Counted from the stretch's first letter, positions 1 to 9,350 are shown. The stretch: DNA of 64,000 nucleotides from an uncultured cyanobacterium (GCA_963697335.1 CAVONQ010000009.1:20413-84412); one strand, 5' to 3'. A program made the numbers and translations. The notes: a model not told the origin generated them from the sequence alone.

Positions 1-180
1 AGCTGGGGTGGAGAGCCCGTGGCGCCGGATCAGGAAGCGGGCGATCGGACCGCCCATCAGGGAGGAGAGCACCAGGCCGAAGGTGGCGCAGGCCGCGCCG
101 ATCTCGAGGGCGTTGGCGATGCCGTGCTGCTCGGCGAAGCGCGGTGCCCAGGCGATGGCGGTGCCATGGCCCCCCAGCAG
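1..180 (-). pseudogene. gltS: Internal fragment of a sodium/glutamate symporter (GltS family), fused to an acr3 5' remnant; runs off the window edge
   Basis: Minus strand reads LLGGHGTAIAWAPRFAEQHGIANALEIGAACATFGLVLSSLMGGPIARFLIRRH, the GltS GGHGT re-entrant loop plus ACATFGL motif; the GltS N-terminal region is absent. Confidence 0.7.
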
Positions 181-273
181 CGTGAACAGTCCGGGGAACC
201 ACTGGCCCAGCACCATGCCGGCGGCGATGGCCAGGCCCACCCAGAGACTCAGTCAACGTTCGAAGCTGCCCAG
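181..273 (-). pseudogene. acr3: 5' remnant of an ACR3-family arsenite efflux gene with an in-frame stop
   Basis: Reads (L)GSFER*LSLWVGLAIAAGMVLGQWFPGLFT, like the ACR3 N-terminus FERxLSLWV; TGA at 253-255; divergent from gap-arsJ. Confidence 0.65.
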
Positions 274-328
274 TTCCGTTGCAGCAGGGATGAGTGGAGC
301 CGGCGCCCCAGGGGCCCAGCGGAACCCC

Positions 329-347
329 CTTAACCTGCCCATAAGAT
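329..347 (+). promoter_or_regulatory. Putative Pho box (SphR/PhoB site) upstream of gap-arsJ
   Basis: CTTAACCT at 329-336 matches PyTTAAPyPyT/A; degenerate second unit CATAAGAT 11 bp later. Confidence 0.4.
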
Positions 348-348
348 C

Positions 349-366
349 CATCAACTTCTGTTGATG
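349..366. promoter_or_regulatory. Putative ArsR operator
   Basis: Perfect inverted repeat CATCAAC-TTCT-GTTGATG containing ATCAA-N6-TTGAT, the cyanobacterial ars operator layout, between acr3 remnant and gap. Confidence 0.65.
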
Positions 367-394
367 TGAGGATGCTGCCACCCGCTCGTTCACT

Positions 395-1420
395 GTGCGC
401 ATCGGCATCAACGGTTTCGGCCGCATCGGCCGGCTGGTGTTTCGCGCCCTCTGGGGCCGGCCCGGCATCGAGCTGGTGCACATCAACGAGCGGGCCGGCG
501 ATGCCCACGCCGCCGCCCACCTGCTGGAATTCGATTCGGTGCACGGCCGCTGGACCCACGCCGTCGGCGCCAGCCACGACGGCCTTCAGGTGGAATCGCA
601 GGCGATCGGCTACTCCCAGGCCAGTGATCCGGCCGCCGTGCCCTGGCGGCAGGCCGGGGTGGAGCTGGTGCTGGAGTGCAGCGGCAAGATCAAAACGCCG
701 GACACGCTGGCGCCCTACATCGCCGCGCTGGGCGTGGAGCGGGTGATCGTGGCCTGCCCGGTGAAGGGGGCCGTGGCCGGGGAGGAGGTGCTGAACATCG
801 TGTACGGCATCAACCACAGCCTCTACGACCCCGCCCGCCACCGGGTGATCACCGCAGCCTCCTGCACCACCAACTGCCTGGCGCCGGTGGTGAAGGTGGT
901 GCACGAGAGCTTCGGCATCCGCCACGGCTCGATCACCACCCTGCACGACGTGACCAACACCCAGGTGGTGATCGACGGCTTCAAGAGCGACCTGCGCCGC
1001 TCCCGCTCCTGCCTGCAGAGCCTGATCCCCACCACCACCGGCTCGGCCCGGGCGATCGGCCTGATCTTCCCCGAGCTGCAGGGCAAGCTCAACGGCCACG
1101 CCGTGCGCGTGCCCCTGCTCAACGCCTCGCTCACCGATGCGGTCTTCGAGCTGGAGCGCAGCGTCACGGCGGAGGAGGTGAACGGCGCCTTCGAGGCGGC
1201 GGCCCAGGGCCCGCTCAAGGGAATCCTCGGCTACGAAACCCGGCCGCTGGTGTCGGTGGATTACCTCAACGACAGCCGCAGTTCGATCGTGGATGCCCTC
1301 TCCACCCTGGTGGTGAACGGCAGCCAGCTCAAGGTGTTCGCCTGGTACGACAACGAGTGGGGCTACAGCTGTCGCATGGCCGACCTGGCCTGCCACGTGG
1401 CCAGCCTGGAGGACAAGTGA
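395..1420 (+). CDS. gap: ArsJ-associated glyceraldehyde-3-phosphate dehydrogenase (Gap3 type)
   Basis: [18 protein letters not shown] and WYDNEWGYS motifs; stop overlaps the arsJ start. Confidence 0.93.
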   Translation: MRIGINGFGRIGRLVFRALWGRPGIELVHINERAGDAHAAAHLLEFDSVHGRWTHAVGASHDGLQVESQAIGYSQASDPAAVPWRQAGVELVLECSGKIKTPDTLAPYIAALGVERVIVACPVKGAVAGEEVLNIVYGINHSLYDPARHRVITAASCTTNCLAPVVKVVHESFGIRHGSITTLHDVTNTQVVIDGFKSDLRRSRSCLQSLIPTTTGSARAIGLIFPELQGKLNGHAVRVPLLNASLTDAVFELERSVTAEEVNGAFEAAAQGPLKGILGYETRPLVSVDYLNDSRSSIVDALSTLVVNGSQLKVFAWYDNEWGYSCRMADLACHVASLEDK

Positions 1421-2673
1421 TGCGTGCCCTCTCCCCTCTGCAGCAGTACGGGATCATCACTGCCAACAACTGGTCGTTCACGGTGACCGATGGGGCGCTG
1501 CGCATGCTCGTGGTGTTCCACTTTCTCCAGCTGGGTTACACCACCCTGGAGATCGCCTTCCTGTTCATCTTCTATGAGTTCTTCGGGATTCTCACCAACC
1601 TCTACGGCGGCTGGCTGGGGGCCCGCTTCGGCCTGAAGCTCACCCTCTGGATCGGCACGCTGCTTCAGATCGGCGCCCTGCTGCTGCTGGTGCCGGTGGC
1701 TGACACCTGGCCCAAGGGGCTCTCGGTGGCCTGGGTGATGGTGGCCCAGGCGATCAGCGGCATCGCCAAGGATCTGGAGAAGATGAGCGCCAAGAGCGCC
1801 ATCCGGGTGGTGGTGCCCGAAACCCCGGACGATCACGCCAGGGGCGAGCAGCAGCTGTTCCGCTGGGTGGCCATCCTCACCGGCGCCAAGAACGGCCTCA
1901 AGGGCCTGGGCTTCTTTGTGGGTGGCCTGCTGCTCTACGCGGTGGGGTTCAACAAGGCCGTGATCGTGATGGCGGCCTGGCTGGCCCTGGCCTTTCTGAT
2001 CACCCTGCTGCTGCCGCGGGACATCGGCAGGATGAAGACCAAGCCCGCCTTCAAGGCCCTCTTCTCCAAGAGCGAGGGCATCAACGTGCTCTCGCTGGCG
2101 CGCTTCTTTCTCTTCGGCGCCCGCGACGTGTGGTTCGTGGTGGCCCTGCCGGTGTTTCTGCAGACCACCCTGGGTTGGCGCTTCTGGGAAGTGGGCGGCT
2201 TCATGGGCCTGTGGGTGATCGGCTACGGCATCGTGCAGGGGTCGGCGCCGAGCCTGCGCCGCGCCTGGGGGCAGACCAGCCCGCCTGGCCCGAGTGCCGT
2301 TCAGTTCTGGGCCGCCCTGCTCACCGCCATCCCCGCCCTGATGGCGATCACCCTCTGGCGCGAGGTAGGCAACCCCGCACTCACGGTGGTGGTGGGTCTG
2401 GCCGTGTTCGGGGTGGTGTTCGCCATGAACTCCTCCATCCACAGCTATATGGTGCTGGCCTACACCGACGCCGAATCGGTGAGCCTCAACGTGGGCTTTT
2501 ATTACATGGCCAATGCGGCCGGGCGTCTGCTGGGCACGCTGCTGTCGGGCTGGCTGTTCCTGCAGGGGGGGCTGCAGGCCTGCCTGTGGTGTTCCACGCT
2601 GCTGGTGGGCCTTGCCGCTTTGGTGAGCCTGCGCCTGCCCTCCCCGAGGGCTCTGCAGACGGCGGCGCTCTGA
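1420..2673 (+). CDS. arsJ: Organoarsenical efflux MFS transporter ArsJ
   Basis: FTVTDGALRMLV, GIAKDLEKMSAKSAI and GFYYMANAAGRL motifs; multiple TM helices; coupled to gap. Confidence 0.9.
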   Translation: MRALSPLQQYGIITANNWSFTVTDGALRMLVVFHFLQLGYTTLEIAFLFIFYEFFGILTNLYGGWLGARFGLKLTLWIGTLLQIGALLLLVPVADTWPKGLSVAWVMVAQAISGIAKDLEKMSAKSAIRVVVPETPDDHARGEQQLFRWVAILTGAKNGLKGLGFFVGGLLLYAVGFNKAVIVMAAWLALAFLITLLLPRDIGRMKTKPAFKALFSKSEGINVLSLARFFLFGARDVWFVVALPVFLQTTLGWRFWEVGGFMGLWVIGYGIVQGSAPSLRRAWGQTSPPGPSAVQFWAALLTAIPALMAITLWREVGNPALTVVVGLAVFGVVFAMNSSIHSYMVLAYTDAESVSLNVGFYYMANAAGRLLGTLLSGWLFLQGGLQACLWCSTLLVGLAALVSLRLPSPRALQTAAL

Positions 2674-2695
2674 GCTCCGCCTTCAATGAATGCTA

Positions 2696-2712
2696 TTGAG
2701 AATCTCTTGCAA
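2696..2712 (+). promoter_or_regulatory. Putative Fur box
   Basis: TTGAGAATCTCTTGCAA in an AT-rich patch, upstream of a small ORF next to ferritin. Confidence 0.45.
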
Positions 2713-2776
2713 AGAGGGGCCTCAAGTGGCTAGCGTCGTGGCCGCAGGCCATCGGGGCCTGGTCGCCTTCACTGCG

Positions 2777-3055
2777 TTGAACGCCCCCTTCTTCTCCACC
2801 TCCGAATCCCTGCTCGGCAGCCTCTGCCGCGAGGCCCAGGCGCTGCGGGGTCGCGGCATCCAGCTGGCCCACGCCCTGGAGCGCTGCTGTGATCGTTCCC
2901 TGCGGGATCGCCTCGGCGCCGAATCTCGCCAGGTGCTGCGCCGGCGCCGGGAGCTGCTGGAGGTGGCCAGAGCCTGGCAGCGTCAGGGCCGGGGCCACTC
3001 CCTTGCCCTCGAGCTGCTGGTGGAGCTCAGCAGCCGCCCAATCCCGGCGGCCTGA
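2777..3055 (+). CDS. Small hypothetical protein, possibly iron-regulated; start uncertain
   Basis: Compact helical ORF (TTG start) downstream of the Fur-like box, convergent with ferritin. Confidence 0.55.
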   Translation: MNAPFFSTSESLLGSLCREAQALRGRGIQLAHALERCCDRSLRDRLGAESRQVLRRRRELLEVARAWQRQGRGHSLALELLVELSSRPIPAA

Positions 3056-3079
3056 AGCAAGCACGCTCAGGCGAGAAGC

Positions 3080-3652
3080 TCAGGCGGCGGCCTTGCCCGC
3101 TTCCTCCGCCAACTGACCATCGAGGATCAGCAGGGGGGCCGGCTCATTGCGGGCGAAGCGCACCCGGCCCAGCAGGTGGGCGGCCTCATCCTCGGCATCG
3201 ATCTGCTGTTGCACCATCGGATCGAGCACCACGGTGGTGCGCACATCGCCAGCCCGCTCGGCCATGGCGTAGAGCTGCTGCAGCGAGGTGGTCACGTCTG
3301 TTTCCATCTCGAAGATCGCCGTGAAGGCCTCTTCAGGGGTGGTCCACACCTGCCGGGGGGCCGGGATGTCCTGCAGCAGCACGGTCTGCCCCCGGGCAAT
3401 CAGATAGGTGGCCAGTTCGGCGGCATGGGCCTGCTCGGTGGCAGCCTCGGCGTGCAGGTAGGCGGCAAAGCCACGCAGCTCCCGCTCGGCGAACCAGAGC
3501 GCCAGGGCGAAGTAGGCCGTGCTGGCCCGCCGCTCCATGCTGAGGTGCTCCAGCAGCCCCTCCAGCAGGGTGCTGTCCATGGGCTGGGCCATCGCCCTGC
3601 CGGCAGGACCGGTGGCGACAGAACGGGCCGAGAGGTTGGTGGACAGGGTCAT
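3080..3652 (-). CDS. ftn: Ferritin
   Basis: HLSMERRASTAY, ELRGFAAYLHAEAATEQAHA and QQQIDAEDEA ferritin helices; picocyanobacterial ATGPAGRAMAQPM N-terminus. Confidence 0.88.
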   Translation of the reverse strand: MTLSTNLSARSVATGPAGRAMAQPMDSTLLEGLLEHLSMERRASTAYFALALWFAERELRGFAAYLHAEAATEQAHAAELATYLIARGQTVLLQDIPAPRQVWTTPEEAFTAIFEMETDVTTSLQQLYAMAERAGDVRTTVVLDPMVQQQIDAEDEAAHLLGRVRFARNEPAPLLILDGQLAEEAGKAAA

Positions 3653-3949
3653 GGAGGGAATCTGGGGGTGGAGAAGGAGAAGCGGGAGCTGGAAGGGCTG
3701 CTCAGGTTGCACCGGCTGGCGATCCGGCGAGCAGCCGAACGTGGATCCAGGCACGGGGGCGGCAATGGAGAGAGAACCGGATCGGTGTCACCAGTGGGTT
3801 TGACCAGTTAGGGCAACCAGGCCTCAGGGAAGCGCGGGCCCGCCATTGGCGCGCTTTCGATTTTCTTAATCTACAGCGCCCCTCTGGGGTGCGGGTGGGC
3901 AGGAGTGGGCCTGGGCCAGGGCCCGCATGGCTGCCATCGATCGGCCAGC

Positions 3950-3972
3950 AAAAAGCCCCCGTCAGGGGGCTT
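3950..3972 (-). terminator. Rho-independent terminator of the porin gene
   Basis: Minus strand AAGCCCCC-TGAC-GGGGGCTTTTT, about 60 nt after the porin stop. Confidence 0.8.
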
Positions 3973-4031
3973 GCACGTGAGGTGTGGGATGGGCAGCCAT
4001 CGGCTGCCCGGTGATGAGATCCTTCGCAGGC

Positions 4032-5498
4032 TCAGAACTTGAACGTGGTCTGAATCACGCCGCCCCAGGCGTCGTCGCCGCCGTTGGAGGCCACGTTGGT
4101 GCCGTAAAACAGCGCAGGGGTGATCGAGATGTTGTCGGTCACCTGGAACTTGTAGAAGATCTCATACAGCCAGGCTTCATCACTATTGTCACCATCTTCG
4201 AAGGGGGGCATACCCACCGCGAAGCCAGCGGAGTTGCCCTTGATGAAGGCGTCATCCCACTGCAGACCAGCCATCCAGGACTGGGAGTCAGGGAAGCCAC
4301 CACCACCATCGTTGTAGCCGTAGCCCAGGCTGATGGAGGGAATCCAGCCCGAGTCAATCGGCTGCCAGTAGCCACCCACCGCCACGCTGTTGGTGTATTC
4401 GCCAGCTTCCACGGTGCCGCTGAAGTTGGGAACGCGGATCCGGGAGTTTTCCGAACCGTAGCGGTAGGCCACGGCGGCTCCCCAGTTCTTGCCCTTCACG
4501 CCCAGTTGGGTCAGGGCGTTGATGCCGCCTTCCTCGCTGAAGGCGCCGACGGTGGAATCAGCGAAGCCATCGCTGGACACGTAGTTGGCGGAGAAGGTGG
4601 CGTAGGGACGGCCCTTCTCAACCTTCTGCTTCCAGGTGAAGCCGGCGCCGGCGCCAGTGGCCTTGTTATAGGTGCCGGAAGCACCATTAAGCTGGAAGTA
4701 GTCGAGGATGCTCGACTTGTAGGCACTCGGGATGAAGGCCACCATCTCGGTGTTGCGCACCAGGGCGCCCACCGTGAACTTGAAGGAATCGCCGACGGGG
4801 AAGTCGTAGAACAGACGGTCGATGATGACCGAGTCATCACTGGTTTCGGACTTGTCCAGTTTGAAGATCTGGGAGCTGCTGCCGAAGGGAAGTGAGCTGA
4901 AGTTGCCGGCCCGCAGGCGGGTGCGCAACAGATCCTTGCCGGTGAAGCTGGTGTCGAAACTCAGCCGCACGTCGTAGTTGAAAGTGGTGTTGTCCGGATT
5001 CGGGCCTTCCACGTTGTCGAAGTCGGGCATGCCACCGAGGATCATGCTCACCTCGCCTTTCAGCTTGGTGGTGGTGGAGAATTGGCTGGCTTCCAGTTCA
5101 CCCACCTTGGCCTCGAGGCCGTCCACGCGGCCCTTGAGGATGGCGAGCTCCTTCTCGAACTCGGCCATCAGGCGCTTGAGCTCGTCGGTCACTTCGGTGA
5201 CGCGGTCGAGACAGGCGTTCAGAAGGGCAGCCGCCTCAAAGCGGGTCATGGCCTTCTGGCCGCGGTAGGTGCCGTCGGGGTAGCCGGCGACGCAGCCGTA
5301 GCGCTCGATCAGGTTGGAGAGGGCCTGGTAGGCCCAGTCCGTGGGCTGCACATCCGAAAACTGGGAAATGCTGGTGACTTGCTCTTCACTGGAGTAACGA
5401 TTCACCGCCCCCATGTTGAGCTCGGTGGCACTGACACCAAGGGGTGCCAGAAGGCCCGTGCCGGCCGTGGCCAGCAGAAGTTTCTGGAAAGGTTTCAT
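4032..5498 (-). CDS. SLH-domain outer membrane porin (Som/iron uptake porin, OprB-like)
   Basis: Signal peptide MKPFQKLLLA; SLH motif FSDVQPTDWAYQAL; FSTTTKLKGE; C-terminal TTFKF. Confidence 0.93.
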   Translation of the reverse strand: MKPFQKLLLATAGTGLLAPLGVSATELNMGAVNRYSSEEQVTSISQFSDVQPTDWAYQALSNLIERYGCVAGYPDGTYRGQKAMTRFEAAALLNACLDRVTEVTDELKRLMAEFEKELAILKGRVDGLEAKVGELEASQFSTTTKLKGEVSMILGGMPDFDNVEGPNPDNTTFNYDVRLSFDTSFTGKDLLRTRLRAGNFSSLPFGSSSQIFKLDKSETSDDSVIIDRLFYDFPVGDSFKFTVGALVRNTEMVAFIPSAYKSSILDYFQLNGASGTYNKATGAGAGFTWKQKVEKGRPYATFSANYVSSDGFADSTVGAFSEEGGINALTQLGVKGKNWGAAVAYRYGSENSRIRVPNFSGTVEAGEYTNSVAVGGYWQPIDSGWIPSISLGYGYNDGGGGFPDSQSWMAGLQWDDAFIKGNSAGFAVGMPPFEDGDNSDEAWLYEIFYKFQVTDNISITPALFYGTNVASNGGDDAWGGVIQTTFKF

Positions 5499-5503
5499 CG
5501 GGG

Positions 5504-5512
5504 TCCTCACAC
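5504..5512 (-). promoter_or_regulatory. Yfr1 sRNA target site over the porin RBS
   Basis: mRNA GUGUGAGGA 5 nt upstream of ATG, complementary to the Yfr1 motif ACUCCUCACAC. Confidence 0.6.
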
Positions 5513-5611
5513 CGATACGACGACGCCAGACAGGCGACCGCTGGAAGTTAATGGTCCAGGTGGTCCTGATGAAGTGTTGTGGCGCCTCTCGGATGGTGAT
5601 CTGGGATACTT

Positions 5612-6586
5612 TCAAGCGGGCTCGATGTGTGCATCGCTGCTTTTTGCGGCGCTTCCCTCTGCTACCTGAGTCGCCAGCAGACTGTCCACCAGGGCTCTGC
5701 GCCCCGGTTGGGCCGTGAGCGCCGCTGCCGTGAGCCGCCAGCTCTGCCAGGCCTGGCGCTCCTGATCCTGCAGGTTCAGCTCCAGCTGGGGCAGCTGGCC
5801 ACTCCAGGCCCCCCCAGTGGTGCCCTGGCCGAGCACGGCCGAGATCTCGGCGCGCAGCACCGCCAGATCGTGGAGTTCGCCCAGCCACTCCTGGCCCTGT
5901 TTGAGGTGCCCCAGCGCCGCCCGCGCTCCCGGGCCGGCCAGGGACTCCAGGTTCTCCAGCCGGTAGCGGGCTTCCTTGATCCCCTTGCGCAGGTCGTGGA
6001 GCTGGCGCACGTTGCCACGGCCCTCTGGAGATTCCAGCCACCAGGCCGGATGCAGCAGCAGGCTGCCGATCCAGGGCCAGTGCCACTCGAGCAGCCAGTC
6101 GGCCAGGGGTTGTTGCCCCAGAGGGGTGAGCTGCGGAGCGGCCAGCCAGCCCTCCAGCGCCCTCACCAGGGAGCGGTAGCCGTTGCCGCGCAGCACGCTC
6201 CGCAGTGGCCCCTGGCTGTGGCGGCGCTGGCGCCGCAGGCGCTTCAGCACCGGCTTCAGGCGGCGGGCCTCGGTCTTGGGCAGGCCGGGCAGCACCTGCT
6301 GGTCCAGCCGCTCGATCAACACATCGAGATCCCTGGCCTGGCCAAGCCGGCGCACGGTTTTGGCCAGGGGCCTGGGGCCCACGGCCTCGGGCAGCTCCAG
6401 GGCCGGGCCGAACTGGCTCAGCACCGTGCTCAGCCGCCGCAGGGTCACCCGCATCTGGTGCAGGGGCTCGGGGTCGCGGTCGAGCAGCACCGACCCCCTG
6501 AGGCTGATCAGGCGCTGGCTGTGCCGCTGCAACAGGCGGTGGGCCTGGCGGCCGGCGCTGAGCGGATGGAGGCCTGGATCGCCCAT
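5612..6586 (-). CDS. CHAD domain protein (polyphosphate-binding)
   Basis: DPEPLHQMRVTLRRL, LGQARDLDV, LHDLRKGIKEARY and LGELHDLAV motifs. Confidence 0.88.
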   Translation of the reverse strand: MGDPGLHPLSAGRQAHRLLQRHSQRLISLRGSVLLDRDPEPLHQMRVTLRRLSTVLSQFGPALELPEAVGPRPLAKTVRRLGQARDLDVLIERLDQQVLPGLPKTEARRLKPVLKRLRRQRRHSQGPLRSVLRGNGYRSLVRALEGWLAAPQLTPLGQQPLADWLLEWHWPWIGSLLLHPAWWLESPEGRGNVRQLHDLRKGIKEARYRLENLESLAGPGARAALGHLKQGQEWLGELHDLAVLRAEISAVLGQGTTGGAWSGQLPQLELNLQDQERQAWQSWRLTAAALTAQPGRRALVDSLLATQVAEGSAAKSSDAHIEPA

Positions 6587-6673
6587 GGAAGGGAGGGCCG
6601 GGGGGCTGGCCCCATGCTGCACCCGCGCAGCCCACAACACAGCGAGACTGGCCGCCAGGAGCTCCCCAACCCG

Positions 6674-7768
6674 ATGGCTTCCCCCGGCTCCGCCCTGACC
6701 CTGGTGATCAACGCCGGCAGCTCCAGCCTCAAGGCCTCGCTGCTGGCGCCCGATGGTTCCCGCCCCTGGCAGGAGCAACACGGCTGGGACCCGGCGGAGC
6801 CCGGCGGCATGGGCGGCCTGCTGGAGCGGTGGCTGCTGCCGGCGGTGCTGCCCTGGCTGCCGCAGCTGGAGCGGATCGCCCACCGGGTGGTCCATGGCGG
6901 CGAGCGGTTCTGCCGGCCCACCCGGCTCACGCCATCGGTGATCACCGGGCTGGAGGCCATCGAATCCCTGGCGCCCCTGCACAACGGCCCGGCCCTGCAG
7001 GCGATCCGCTGGTGGGCCGCCTGGCTGGAGCGCGAGCACCAGACCCTGGCCCAGTGGGCCTGCTTTGACACGGGCTTTCACGCCTCCCTGCCGGAGGCGG
7101 CGCGCACCTATGCGATCCCCGCCGCCTGGCGGCGGCAGGGGCTGCGGCGCTACGGCTTCCATGGCCTCAACCACCAGCACGTGGCCGAGGTGGTGCAGGC
7201 CCGCTGCCCCGATGCCCGCCGCCTGATCAGTGCTCACCTCGGCGCTGGCTGCTCCCTGTGCGCCGTGCAGCTGGAGCCGGGGGCGGCACCGCGCAGCGTG
7301 GCCACCACCATGGGCTACACCCCCCTGGAGGGCCTGGTGATGGCCAGCCGCAGCGGCAGCGTGGACCCCGGCCTGCTGCTGCACCAGATGCGCCAGGGGC
7401 TCAGCGCCGACCAGATCGACCAGGCCCTCAACCGCCAGAGCGGGCTGCTGGGGCTCTCCGAACTCAGTGGCGACATGCGGCAGCTGCGCCAGGCCGCGGC
7501 TGCCGGCCATGGCGGTGCCCTCCTGGCCCTGGCCGTGTTCCGTCAGCGGCTGCTGGAGGGGATCGGCGCCATGGCCGCCAACCTGGGCGGCGTGGAGGTG
7601 ATCGCCCTCACCGGTGGCATCGGCGAACACGACGACGCCCTGCGCCTGGAGTTGGAGCAGGCCCTTGTCTGGCTGCCGCCCTTCACCCTGCTGCGGGTGC
7701 CGGCGGATGAGGAGGGGCTGATCGCCCGCGCCTGCCGCAGGGCGGTCAGCGCTTCACGCCAGGGATGA
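6674..7768 (+). CDS. ackA: Acetate kinase
   Basis: LVINAGSSSLK, HRVVHGG, APLHN, FDTGFH, MGYTPLEGL and TGGIGE motifs. Confidence 0.9.
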   Translation: MASPGSALTLVINAGSSSLKASLLAPDGSRPWQEQHGWDPAEPGGMGGLLERWLLPAVLPWLPQLERIAHRVVHGGERFCRPTRLTPSVITGLEAIESLAPLHNGPALQAIRWWAAWLEREHQTLAQWACFDTGFHASLPEAARTYAIPAAWRRQGLRRYGFHGLNHQHVAEVVQARCPDARRLISAHLGAGCSLCAVQLEPGAAPRSVATTMGYTPLEGLVMASRSGSVDPGLLLHQMRQGLSADQIDQALNRQSGLLGLSELSGDMRQLRQAAAAGHGGALLALAVFRQRLLEGIGAMAANLGGVEVIALTGGIGEHDDALRLELEQALVWLPPFTLLRVPADEEGLIARACRRAVSASRQG

Positions 7769-8981
7769 AGCGCCGCTCGTGCTGGGCACCGGTGAGCATG
7801 CGGTTCCAGTAGAGGGAGGGAAGGACCTTGCGCTTGATGAACCACATGCTCCAGCGCTCCTTGGTGGGATCCAGGGGGAAGGAGGGCACCGGCTGCTGCT
7901 CATAGTTGAACTCGGCCATGATCACCTTGCCGTAGCCGGTGATCAGCGGGCAGCAGCTGTAGCCGTCGTAGGCGGCCTCCAGGGGCTGGCCGTCGAGGAA
8001 GGCCAGCAGGTTCGCCACCAGCACCGGGGCCTGGCCGCGCACGGCGGCGGCGGTCTTGGAGTTGGGAATGCCGCTCACATCCCCCAGGGAGAACACGTTC
8101 GCGAAGCGCAGGTGCTGCAGGCTGAACTTGTCCACCTCCACGAAACCACTGGCAGCAGCCAGGGGGCTGCTGGCCACCACCTCCGGAGCCGCCATCGGCG
8201 GCGTCACGTGCAGCAGGCCGTAGGGGATCACGGCCTCATGGCTCTTGTCACCGTCGTTCACCTGGAACACGGCTTCGCGACTCTCCGGGCGCACGGCGGT
8301 GAGCACGTGGTTGTAGCGGGCGTCGATGCCGTGGCGCTTCACCACCTCCCGTAGCGGCGCGGCGTAGGTGGGCACGCCGAAGATCCCAGGCGTGGCGGTG
8401 GCATAGATCACCTGGGCCTGCAGACGCTTCTTCTTGAACACGTCATCGGCCAGATAGGCGATCTTCTGGGGAGCGCCCGGGCACTTGATCGGCATCGGCG
8501 CACAGGTGAACACCGCATTGCCCTTGGTGCCTTCACTGCCTCCTTTGAAGGCCTGAATCGCCTCCCAGGTGTAGGCGGTGTACTCCTTTGAATAGTTGCT
8601 GCACACGCCGCCCTGGCCGAGGGCCTCCGTCAGCCCCTCGATCTTCTCCCAGCAGAGCCGCAGGCCGGCGGCCACGATCAGCACGTCGTAGTGGATCGCC
8701 TCGCCCTCGGTGCTGGTCACCACCGCTCGCTCGGGATCAAAAGCGGCGGCTCCGGCGCGGATCCAGTGCACGCCTGAGGGAATCACATCGCCTTCGGCGC
8801 GGCGGGTTTCCTCCAGGCTGAACACGCCGCCCCCCACCAGGGTCCAGCCCGGCTGGTAGTAGTGCTCGCTGGAGGGCTCAAGGATGGCCACATCGAGGCC
8901 GGGGCGGGCCCGCTTCAGCTGGGCCGCGGCGGTGATTCCGGCGGCACCGCCGCCGACGATCAGAATCTGGTGATGGGCCAT
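7746..8981 (-). CDS. sqr: Sulfide:quinone oxidoreductase, type II-like (copy 1)
   Basis: GGGAAG FAD motif; HYYQPGWTLVGGG; KCPGAPQK and YDGYSCCPL catalytic Cys pair; KTAAAV; AEF. Confidence 0.87.
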   Translation of the reverse strand: MAHHQILIVGGGAAGITAAAQLKRARPGLDVAILEPSSEHYYQPGWTLVGGGVFSLEETRRAEGDVIPSGVHWIRAGAAAFDPERAVVTSTEGEAIHYDVLIVAAGLRLCWEKIEGLTEALGQGGVCSNYSKEYTAYTWEAIQAFKGGSEGTKGNAVFTCAPMPIKCPGAPQKIAYLADDVFKKKRLQAQVIYATATPGIFGVPTYAAPLREVVKRHGIDARYNHVLTAVRPESREAVFQVNDGDKSHEAVIPYGLLHVTPPMAAPEVVASSPLAAASGFVEVDKFSLQHLRFANVFSLGDVSGIPNSKTAAAVRGQAPVLVANLLAFLDGQPLEAAYDGYSCCPLITGYGKVIMAEFNYEQQPVPSFPLDPTKERWSMWFIKRKVLPSLYWNRMLTGAQHERRFIPGVKR

Positions 8982-9122
8982 GGGGCAGCGCAGGGCGCTG
9001 AGCCGCCCCGTGTAGGTCTGTTCCCATTGAGTCATGCCGAGGGTGCCCCAACGGAAGCGCTCCCCTGACTGATGGGAAACTTCGACGCCCCTGCCAGCAT
9101 CCCCTGACCGACTCAGACCAGC

Positions 9123-9350
9123 TCAGGCGGCCAGCTCCTCCACATCCCGCTTGAGCAGGGCATAGAGGTAGTCGGGAGCTTTGTAGCGGTTGGGCAGGCT
9201 TTTCTGCAGCAGGGTCAAGCGCTCCCAGCACACCGTGCGCTGAATCGTGTCGAGGGATTTGCCGTTTTTGATCAATAGCCTGAGGGCCTTGCAATAGGTG
9301 GGATAGCCCGCCTCCAGTTCGCCGATCGTGAGCCTGGCCTCAACGCCCAT
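9123..9350 (-). CDS. DUF3136-like small cyanobacterial protein (copy 1)
   Basis: LTIGELEAGYPTYCKALRLL...RTVCW...RYKAPDYL pattern; paralog at 13703. Confidence 0.8.
   Translation of the reverse strand: MGVEARLTIGELEAGYPTYCKALRLLIKNGKSLDTIQRTVCWERLTLLQKSLPNRYKAPDYLYALLKRDVEELAA

Noticed and set aside
4032..7768. Very long ORFs (867, 672 and 713 aa) as fusion proteins
   Set aside because: Upstream extensions are GC-rich shadow frames over neighbouring genes; real starts are at 5498, 6586 and 6674
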